In this document: positions 53,700 through 64,000 of the stretch, one piece after another
How positions within the stretch are numbered: position 1 is the stretch's first letter
How the letters are laid out: the number at the start of each line of letters is the position of its first letter
Source of the DNA: Auanema rhodensis
Lineage: Eukaryota > Animalia > Nematoda
DNA length: 64,000 bases
Assembly (NCBI GenBank): GCA_964057225.1
Contig: OZ059900.1
Location: 21,824,001-21,888,000 of the forward strand
Direction of reading: 5' to 3'
Position numbers and translations under genes: made by a program
The notes under the pieces: model-generated
Database searches by the model: none
The model's input: only the letters and a program-made list of their open reading frames with translations
Told to the model about the DNA's origin: nothing

Positions 53700-56600
53700 A
53701 AAATCGATTTAATCAATATTAGCCATAAGGGGCGTGCCCTCAGAATATGCTAATTTCCTTAATTTTCTAACCCTTGTTTTTTTGTCGTGAAAGTGAAACT
53801 AGACGTTGTACGAACAAATTTGAGCTAGGTTTCATTGACATTGCATGAGTTTGAACACATGAAATCGTAAGTCAAAACCTTGTTTACAGCGAAATTTCCA
53901 AAAACTGGTTTTCCAGCATAATAAAATATTTCTCATGGGAAATACTGTGTTTTTGTATTTTTCTAGTGTTCAGCATGTAAAATGCTTCATTTTAGTATGT
54001 AACACGCTGAAATTCGTTGCATTTGACGACTCATATGAACAAAAATCGATTTAATCAATATTAGCCATAAGGGGCGTGCCCTCAGAATATGCTAATTTCC
54101 TTAATTTTCTAACCCTTGTTTTTTTGTCGTGAAAGTGGAACTAGACGTTGTACGAACAATTTTGAGCTAGGTTTCATTGACATTGCATGAGTTTGAACAC
54201 ATGAAATCGTAAGTCAAAACCTTGTTTACAGCGAAATTTCCAAAAACTGGTTTTCCAGCATAATAAAATATTTCTCATGGGAAATACTGTGTTTTTGTAT
54301 TTTTCTAGTGTTCAGCATGTAAAATGCTTCATTTTAGTATGTAACACGCTGAAATTCGTTGCATTTGACGACTCATATGAACAAAAATCGATTTAATCAA
54401 TATTAGCCATAAGGGGCGTGCCCTCAGAATATGCTAATTTCCTTAATTTTCTAACCCCTGTTTTTTTGTCGTGAAAGTGGAACTAGGCGTTGTACGAACA
54501 ATTTTGAGCTAGGTTTCATTGACATTGCATGAGTTTGAACACATGAAATCGTAAGTCAAAACCTTGTTTACAGCGAAATTTCCAAAAACTGGTTTTCCAG
54601 CATAATAAAATATTTCTCATGGGAAATACTGTGTTTTTGTATTTTTCTAGTGTTCAGCATGTAAAATGCTTCATTTTAGTATGTAACACGCTGAAATTCG
54701 TTGCATTTGACGACTCATATGAACAAAAATCGATTTAATCAATATTAGCCATAAGGGGCGTGCCCTCAGAATATGCTAATTTCCTTAATTTTCTAACCCC
54801 TGTTTTTTTGTCGTGAAAGTGGAACTAGACGTTGTACGAACAATTTTGAGCTAGGTTTCATTGACATTGCATGAGTTTGAACACATGAAATCGTAAGTCA
54901 AAACCTTGTTTACAGCGAAATTTCCAAAAACTGGTTTTCCAGCATAATAAAATATTTCTCATGGGAAATACTGTGTTTTTGTATTTTTCTAGTGTTCAGC
55001 ATGTTAAATGCTTCATTTTAGTATGTAACACGCTGAAATTCGTTGCATTTGACGACTCATATGAACAAAAATCGATTTAATCAATATTAGCCATAAGGGG
55101 CGTGCCCTCAGAATATGCTAATTTCCTTAATTTTCTAACCCCTGTTTTTTTGTCGTGAAAGTGGAACTAGACGTTGTACGAACAATTTTGAGCTAGGTTT
55201 CATTAACATTGCATGAGTTTGAACACATGAAATCGTAAGTCAAAACCTTGTTTACAGCGAAATTTCCAAAAACTGGTTTTCCAGCATAATAAAATATTTC
55301 TCATGGGAAATACTGTGTTTTTGTATTTTTCTAGTGTTCAGCATGTAAAATGCTTCATTTTAGTATGTAACACGCTGAAATTCGTTGCATTTGACGACTC
55401 ATATGAACAAAAATCGATTTAATCAATATTAGCCATAAGGGGCGTGCCCTCAGAATATGCTAATTTCCTTAATTTTCTAACCCCTGTTTTTTTGTCGTGA
55501 AAGTGGAACTAGACGTTGTACGAACAATTTTGAGCTAGGTTTCATTGACATTGCATGAGTTTGAACACATGAAATCGTAAGTCAAAACCTTGTTTACAGC
55601 GAAATTTCCAAAAACTGGTTTTCCAGCATAATAAAATATTTCTCATGGGAAATACTGTGTTTTTGTATTTTTCTAGTGTTCAGCATGTAAAATGCTTCAT
55701 TTTAGTATGTAACACGCTGAAATTCGTTGCATTTGACGACTCATATGAACAAAAATCGATTTAATCAATATTAGCCATAAGGGGCGTGCCCTCAGAATAT
55801 GCTAATTTCCTTAATTTTCTAACCCCTGTTTTTTTGTCGTGAAAGTGGAACTAGACGTTGTACGAACAATTTTGAGCTAGGTTTCATTGACATTGCATGA
55901 GTTTGAACACATGAAATCGTAAGTCAAAACCTTGTTTACAGCGAAATTTCCAAAAACTGGTTTTCCAGCATAATAAAATATTTCTCATGGGAAATACTGT
56001 GTTTTTGTATTTTTCTAGTGTTCAGCATGTAAAATGCTTCATTTTAGTATGTAACACGCTGAAATTCGTTGCATTTGACGACTCATATGAACAAAAATCG
56101 ATTTAATCAATATTAGCCATAAGGGGCGTGCCCTCAGAATATGCTAATTTCCTTAATTTTCTAACCCCTGTTTTTTTGTCGTGAAAGTGGAACTAGACGT
56201 TGTACGAACAATTTTGAGCTAAGTTTCATTGACATTGCATGAGTTTGAACACATGAAATCGTAAGTCAAAACCTTGTTTACAGCGAAATTTCCAAAAACT
56301 GGTTTTCCAGCATAATAAAATATTTCTCATGGGAAATACTGTGTTTTTGTTTTTTTCTAGTGTTCAGCATGTAAAATGCTTCATTTTAGTATGTAACACG
56401 CTGAAATTCGTTGCATTTGACGACTCATATGAACAAAAATCGATTTAATCAATATTAGCCATAAGGGGCGTGCCCTCAGAATATGCTAATTTCCTTAATT
56501 TTCTAACCCCTGTTTTTTTGTCGTGAAAGTGAAACTAGACGTTGTACGAACAAATTTGAGCTAGGTTTCATTGACATTGCATGAGTTTGAACACATGAAA

Positions 56601-59600
56601 TCGTAAGTCAAAACCTTGTTTACAGCGAAATTTCCAAAAACTGGTTTTCCAGCATAATAAAATATTTCTCATGGGAAATACTGTGTTTTTGTATTTTTCT
56701 AGTGTTCAGCATGTAAAATGCTTCATTTTAGTATGTAACACGCTGAAATTCGTTGCATTTGACGACTCATATGAACAAAAATCGATTTAATCAATATTAG
56801 CCATAAGGGGCGTGCCCTCAGAATATGCTAATTTCCTTAATTTTCTAACCCTTGTTTTTTTGTCGTGAAAGTGGAACTAGACGTTGTACGAACAATTTTG
56901 AGCTAGGTTTCATTGACATTGCATGAGTTTGAACACATGAAATCGTAAGTCAAAACCTTGTTTACAGCGAAATTTCCAAAAACTGGTTTTCCAGCATAAT
57001 AAAATATTTCTCATGGGAAATACTGTATTTTTGTATTTTTCTAGTGTTCAGCATGTAAAATGCTTCATTTTAGTATGTAACACGCTGAAATTCGTTGCAT
57101 TTGACGACTCATATGAACAAAAATCGATTTAATCAATATTAGCCATAAGGGGCGTGCCCTCAGAATATGCTAATTTCCTTAATTTTCTAACCCCTGTTTT
57201 TTTGTCGTGAAAGTGGAACTAGGCGTTGAACGAACAATTTTGAGCTAGGTTTCATTGACATTGCATGAGTTTGAACACATGAAATCGTAAGTCAAAACCT
57301 TGTTTACAGCGAAATTTCCAAAAACTGGTTTTCCAGCATAATAAAATATTTGTCATGGGAAATACTGTGTTTTTGTATTTTTCTAGTGTTCAGCATGTAA
57401 AATGCTTCATTTTAGTATGTAACACGCTGAAATTCGTTGCATTTGACGACTCATATGAACAAAAATCGATTTAATCAATATTAGCCATAAGGGGCGTGCC
57501 CTCAGAATATGCTAATTTCCTTAATTTTCTAACCCCTGTTTTTTTGTCGTGAAAGTGGAACTAGACGTTGTACGAACAATTTTGAGCTAGGTTTCATTGA
57601 CATTGCATGAGTTTGAACACATGAAATCGTAAGTCAAAACCTTGTTTACAGCGAAATTTCCAAAAACTGGTTTTCCAGCATAATAAAATATTTGTCATGG
57701 GAAATACTGTGTTTTTGTATTTTTCTAGTGTTCAGCATGTAAGATGCTTCATTTTAGTATGTAACACGCTGAAATTCGTTGCATTTGACGACTCATATGA
57801 ACAAAAATCGATTTAATCAATATTAGCCATAAGGGGCGTGCCCTCAGAATATGCTAATTTCCTTAATTTTCTAACCCCTGTTTTTTTGTCGTGAAAGTGG
57901 AACTAGACGTTGTACGAACAATTTTGAGCTAGGTTTCATTAACATTGCATGAGTTTGAACACATGAAATCGTAAGTCAAAACCTTGTTTACAGCGAAATT
58001 TCCAAAAACTGGTTTTCCAGCATAATAAAATATTTCTCATGGGAAATACTGTGTTTTTGTATTTTTCTAGTGTTCAGCATGTAAAATGCTTCATTTTAGT
58101 ATGTAACACGCTGAAATTCGTTGCATTTGACGACTCATATGAACAAAAATCGATTTAATCAATATTAGCCATAAGGGGCGTGCCCTCAGAATATGCTAAT
58201 TTCCTTAATTTTCTAACCCCTGTTTTTTTGTCGTGAAAGTGAAACTAGACGTTGTACGAACAAATTTGAGCTAGGTTTCATTGACATTGCATGAGTTTGA
58301 ACACATGAAATCGTAAGTCAAAACCTTGTTTACAGCGAAATTTCCAAAAACTGGTTTTCCAGCATAATAAAATATTTCTCATGGGAAATACTGTGTTTTT
58401 GTATTTTTCTAGTGTTCAGCATGTAAAATGCTTCATTTTAGTATGTAACACGCTGAAATTCGTTGCATTTGACGACTCATATGAACAAAAATCGATTTAA
58501 TCAATATTAGCCATAAGGGGCGTGCCCTCAGAATATGCTAATTTCCTTAATTTTCTAACCCTTGTTTTTTTGTCGTGAAAGTGGAACTAGACGTTGTACG
58601 AACAATTTTGAGCTAGGTTTCATTGACATTGCATGAGTTTGAACACATGAAATCGTAAGTCAAAACCTTGTTTACAGCGAAATTTCCAAAAACTGGTTTT
58701 CCAGCATAATAAAATATTTCTCATGGGAAATACTGTATTTTTGTATTTTTCTAGTGTTCAGCATGTAAAATGCTTCATTTTAGTATGTAACACGCTGAAA
58801 TTCGTTGCATTTGACGACTCATATGAACAAAAATCGATTTAATCAATATTAGCCATAAGGGGCGTGCCCTCAGAATATGCTAATTTCCTTAATTTTCTAA
58901 CCCCTGTTTTTTTGTCGTGAAAGTGGAACTAGGCGTTGTACGAACAATTTTGAGCTAGGTTTCATTGACATTGCATGAGTTTGAACACATGAAATCGTAA
59001 GTCAAAACCTTGTTTACAGCGAAATTTCCAAAAACTGGTTTTCCAGCATAATAAAATATTTGTCATGGGAAATACTGTGTTTTTGTATTTTTCTAGTGTT
59101 CAGCATGTAAAATGCTTCATTTTAGTATGTAACACGCTGAAATTCGTTGCATTTGACGACTCATATGAACAAAAATCGATTTAATCAATATTAGCCATAA
59201 GGGGCGTGCCCTCAGAATATGCTAATTTCCTTAATTTTCTAACCCCTGTTTTTTTGTCGTGAAAGTGGAACTAGACGTTGTACGAACAATTTTGAGCTAG
59301 GTTTCATTGACATTGCATGAGTTTGAACACATGAAATCGTAAGTCAAAACCTTGTTTACAGCGAAATTTCCAAAAACTGGTTTTCCAGCATAATAAAATA
59401 TTTCTCATGGGAAATACTGTGTTTTTGTATTTTTCTAGTGTTCAGCATGTTAAATGCTTCATTTTAGTATGTAACACGCTGAAATTCGTTGCATTTGACG
59501 ACTCATATGAACAAAAATCGATTTAATCAATATTAGCCATAAGGGGCGTGCCCTCAGAATATGCTAATTTCCTTAATTTTCTAACCCCTGTTTTTTTGTC

Positions 59601-62600
59601 GTGAAAGTGGAACTAGACGTTGTACGAACAATTTTGAGCTAGGTTTCATTAACATTGCATGAGTTTGAACACATGAAATCGTAAGTCAAAACCTTGTTTA
59701 CAGCGAAATTTCCAAAAACTGGTTTTCCAGCATAATAAAATATTTCTCATGGGAAATACTGTGTTTTTGTATTTTTCTAGTGTTCAGCATGTAAAATGCT
59801 TCATTTTAGTATGTAACACGCTGAAATTCGTTGCATTTGACGACTCATATGAACAAAAATCGATTTAATCAATATTAGCCATAAGGGGCGTGCCCTCAGA
59901 ATATGCTAATTTCCTTAATTTTCTAACCCCTGTTTTTTTGTCGTGAAAGTGGAACTAGACGTTGTACGAACAATTTTGAGCTAGGTTTCATTGACATTGC
60001 ATGAGTTTGAACACATGAAATCGTAAGTCAAAACCTTGTTTACAGCGAAATTTCCAAAAACTGGTTTTCCAGCATAATAAAATATTTCTCATGGGAAATA
60101 CTGTATTTTTGTATTTTTCTAGTGTTCAGCATGTAAAATGCTTCATTTTAGTATGTAACACGCTGAAATTCGTTGCATTTGACGACTCATATGAACAAAA
60201 ATCGATTTAATCAATATTAGCCATAAGGGGCGTGCCCTCAGAATATGCTAATTTCCTTAATTTTCTAACCCCTGTTTTTTTGTCGTGAAAGTGGAACTAG
60301 GCGTTGTACGAACAATTTTGAGCTAGGTTTCATTGACATTGCATGAGTTTGAACACATGAAATCGTAAGTCAAAACCTTGTTTACAGCGAAATTTCCAAA
60401 AACTGGTTTTCCAGCATAATAAAATATTTGTCATGGGAAATACTGTGTTTTTGTATTTTTCTAGTGTTCAGCATGTAAAATGCTTCATTTTAGTATGTAA
60501 CACGCTGAAATTCGTTGCATTTGACGACTCATATGAACAAAAATCGATTTAATCAATATTAGCCATAAGGGGCGTGCCCTCAGAATATGCTAATTTCCTT
60601 AATTTTCTAACCCCTGTTTTTTTGTCGTGAAAGTGGAACTAGACGTTGTACGAACAATTTTGAGCTAGGTTTCATTGACATTGCATGAGTTTGAACACAT
60701 GAAATCGTAAGTCAAAACCTTGTTTACAGCGAAATTTCCAAAAACTGGTTTTCCAGCATAATAAAATATTTGTCATGGGAAATACTGTGTTTTTGTATTT
60801 TTCTAGTGTTCAGCATGTAAAATGCTTCATTTTAGTATGTAACACGCTGAAATTCGTTGCATTTGACGACTCATATGAACAAAAATCGATTTAATCAATA
60901 TTAGCCATAAGGGGCGTGCCCTCAGAATATGCTAATTTCCTTAATTTTCTAACCCCTGTTTTTTTGTCGTGAAAGTGGAACTAGACGTTGTACGAACAAT
61001 TTTGAGCTAGGTTTCATTGACATTGCATGAGTTTGAACACATGAAATCGTAAGTCAAAACCTTGTTTACAGCGAAATTTCCAAAAACTGGTTTTCCAGCA
61101 TAATAAAATATTTCTCATGGGAAATACTGTGTTTTTGTATTTTTCTAGTGTTCAGCATGTTAAATGCTTCATTTTAGTATGTAACACGCTGAAATTCGTT
61201 GCATTTGACGACTCATATGAACAAAAATCGATTTAATCAATATTAGCCATAAGGGGCGTGCCCTCAGAATATGCTAATTTCCTTAATTTTCTAACCCCTG
61301 TTTTTTTGTCGTGAAAGTGGAACTAGACGTTGTACGAACAATTTTGAGCTAGGTTTCATTAACATTGCATGAGTTTGAACACATGAAATCGTAAGTCAAA
61401 ACCTTGTTTACAGCGAAATTTCCAAAAACTGGTTTTCCAGCATAATAAAATATTTCTCATGGGAAATACTGTGTTTTTGTATTTTTCTAGTGTTCAGCAT
61501 GTAAAATGCTTCATTTTAGTATGTAACACGCTGAAATTCGTTGCATTTGACGACTCATATGAACAAAAATCGATTTAATCAATATTAGCCATAAGGGGCG
61601 TGCCCTCAGAATATGCTAATTTCCTTAATTTTCTAACCCCTGTTTTTTTGTCGTGAAAGTGGAACTAGACGTTGTACGAACAATTTTGAGCTAGGTTTCA
61701 TTGACATTGCATGAGTTTGAACACATGAAATCGTAAGTCAAAACCTTGTTTACAGCGAAATTTCCAAAAACTGGTTTTCCAGCATAATAAAATATTTCTC
61801 ATGGGAAATACTGTGTTTTTGTATTTTTCTAGTGTTCAGCATGTAAAATGCTTCATTTTAGTATGTAACACGCTGAAATTCGTTGCATTTGACGACTCAT
61901 ATGAACAAAAATCGATTTAATCAATATTAGCCATAAGGGGCGTGCCCTCAGAATATGCTAATTTCCTTAATTTTCTAACCCCTGTTTTTTTGTCGTGAAA
62001 GTGGAACTAGACGTTGTACGAACAATTTTGAGCTAAGTTTCATTGACATTGCATGAGTTTGAACACATGAAATCGTAAGTCAAAACCTTGTTTACAGCGA
62101 AATTTCCAAAAACTGGTTTTCCAGCATAATAAAATATTTCTCATGGGAAATACTGTGTTTTTGTTTTTTTCTAGTGTTCAGCATGTAAAATGCTTCATTT
62201 TAGTATGTAACACGCTGAAATTCGTTGCATTTGACGACTCATATGAACAAAAATCGATTTAATCAATATTAGCCATAAGGGGCGTGCCCTCAGAATATAC
62301 TAATTTCCTTAATTTTCTAACCCCTGTTTTTTTGTCGTGAAAGTGGAACTAGACGTTGTACGAACAATTTTGAGCTAGGTTTCATTGACATTGCATGAGT
62401 TTGAACACATGAAATCGTAAGTCAAAACCTTGTTTACAGCGAAATTTCCAAAAACTGGTTTTCCAGCATAATAAAATATTTCTCATGGGAAATACTGTGT
62501 TTTTGTATTTTTCTAGTGTTCAGCATGTAAAATGCTTCATTTTAGTATGTAACACGCTGAAATTCGTTGCATTTGACGACTCATATGAACAAAAATCGAT

Positions 62601-63959
62601 TTAATCAATATTAGCCATGAGGGGCGTGCCCTCAGAATATGCTAATTTCCTTAATTTTCTAACCCCTGTTTTTTTGTCGTGAAAGTGGAACTAGGCGTTG
62701 TACGAACAATTTTGAGCTAGGTTTCATTGACATTGCATGAGTTTGAACACATGAAATCGTAAGTCAAAACCTTGTTTACAGCGAAATTTCCAAAAACTGG
62801 TTTTCCAGCATAATAAAATATTTCTCATGGGAAATACTGTGTTTTTGTATTTTTCTAGTGTTCAGCATGTTAAATGCTTCATTTTAGTATGTAACACGCT
62901 GAAATTCGTTGCATTTGACGACTCATATGAACAAAAATCGATTTAATCAATATTAGCCATAAGGGGCGTGCCCTCAGAATATGCTAATTTCCTTAATTTT
63001 CTAACCCCTGTTTTTTTGTCGTGAAAGTGGAACTAGACGTTGTACGAACAATTTTGAGCTAGGTTTCATTAACATTGCATGAGTTTGAACACATGAAATC
63101 GTAAGTCAAAACCTTGTTTACAGCGAAATTTCCAAAAACTGGTTTTCCAGCATAATAAAATATTTCTCATGGGAAATACTGTGTTTTTGTATTTTTCTAG
63201 TGTTCAGCATGTAAAATGCTTCATTTTAGTATGTAACACGCTGAAATTCGTTGCATTTGACGACTCATATGAACAAAAATCGATTTAATCAATATTAGCC
63301 ATAAGGGGCGTGCCCTCAGAATATGCTAATTTCCTTAATTTTCTAACCCCTGTTTTTTTGTCGTGAAAGTGGAACTAGACGTTGTACGAACAATTTTGAG
63401 CTAGGTTTCATTGACATTGCATGAGTTTGAACACATGAAATCGTAAGTCAAAACCTTGTTTACAGCGAAATTTCCAAAAACTGGTTTTCCAGCATAATAA
63501 AATATTTCTCATGGGAAATACTGTATTTTTGTATTTTTCTAGTGTTCAGCATGTAAAATGCTTCATTTTAGTATGTAACACGCTGAAATTCGTTGCATTT
63601 GACGACTCATATGAACAAAAATCGATTTAATCAATATTAGCCATAAGGGGCGTGCCCTCAGAATATGCTAATTTCCTTAATTTTCTAACCCCTGTTTTTT
63701 TGTCGTGAAAGTGGAACTAGGCGTTGTACGAACAATTTTGAGCTAGGTTTCATTGACATTGCATGAGTTTGAACACATGAAATCGTAAGTCAAAACCTTG
63801 TTTACAGCGAAATTTCCAAAAACTGGTTTTCCAGCATAATAAAATATTTGTCATGGGAAATACTGTGTTTTTGTATTTTTCTAGTGTTCAGCATGTAAAA
63901 TGCTTCATTTTAGTATGTAACACGCTGAAATTCGTTGCATTTGACGACTCATATGAACA
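53700..63959 (+). repeat. Domain with a ~5-monomer (1710 bp) higher-order pattern
   Basis: The order 96A+119A | 75T(+250A) | 104G(+233G) | 280T | 138A appears at copies 158-162 and 171-175, and with changes at 166-170 and 176-180. m138A recurs at copies 170, 175, 180 and 185. Confidence 0.8.
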
Positions 63960-64000
63960 AAAATCGATTTAATCAATATTAGCCATAAGGGGCGTGCCCT

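Larger units (their letters stand above)
1..64000. repeat. Tandem satellite DNA array, 342-bp monomer, ~187.1 copies, head-to-tail, probably extending beyond the window
   Basis: The anchor AAAATCGATTTAATCAATATTAGC recurs at 1, 343, 685, 1027 ... 63618, 63960. Net drift is only +5 bp over 187 copies, from seven 1-bp insertions and two 1-bp deletions in one T run. No non-satellite sequence was seen. Confidence 0.99.

Noticed and set aside
1-64000. Giant repetitive ORF, since 342 is divisible by 3
   Set aside because: All frames are closed in each monomer. On + the stops are TAA m52-54, TAA m11-13 and TAG m21-23. On - they correspond to TTA m10-12, TCA m14-16 and CTA m51-53.
1-64000. CRISPR array or other repeat-spacer/cassette system
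   Set aside because: There are no unique spacers. The entire 342 bp repeats with only point variants, and no associated genes are present.
1-64000. Synthetic concatemer, rolling-circle artefact or variant pattern acting as a code
   Set aside because: Variants are shared, linked and hierarchically ordered, which is unlike random error. Ordinary duplication and conversion explain the pattern without invoking encoded information.

Overview
The whole window is one uninterrupted head-to-tail array of a 342-bp AT-rich satellite DNA. It holds 187 complete monomers (1-63959) plus 41 bp of a 188th, all in one orientation, at about 34% GC. Copies differ from the consensus by 0-6 changes. I see no genes, RNA genes, transposons, inversions or unique sequence, and all six reading frames hit stop codons in every monomer. 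The array looks like eukaryotic (peri)centromeric or heterochromatic satellite, but I do not recognise the family or the host, and I cannot support a novel gene system here. The informative signal lies at two scales. First, the order of SNP variants along the array shows about five local homogenisation domains, incipient higher-order repeats (HORs) of 2, 3, 5, 8, 10-11 and 11-13 monomers, and a nested variant lineage. Second, the monomer itself has a nearly invariant 82-bp core, dense dyad symmetries, a partial CENP-B-box-like motif, phased A/T tracts and traces of an old 2x171-bp dimer. Notation: mN is position N in the monomer, where m1 is window base 1. All variant calls were read by eye, so some may have been missed.
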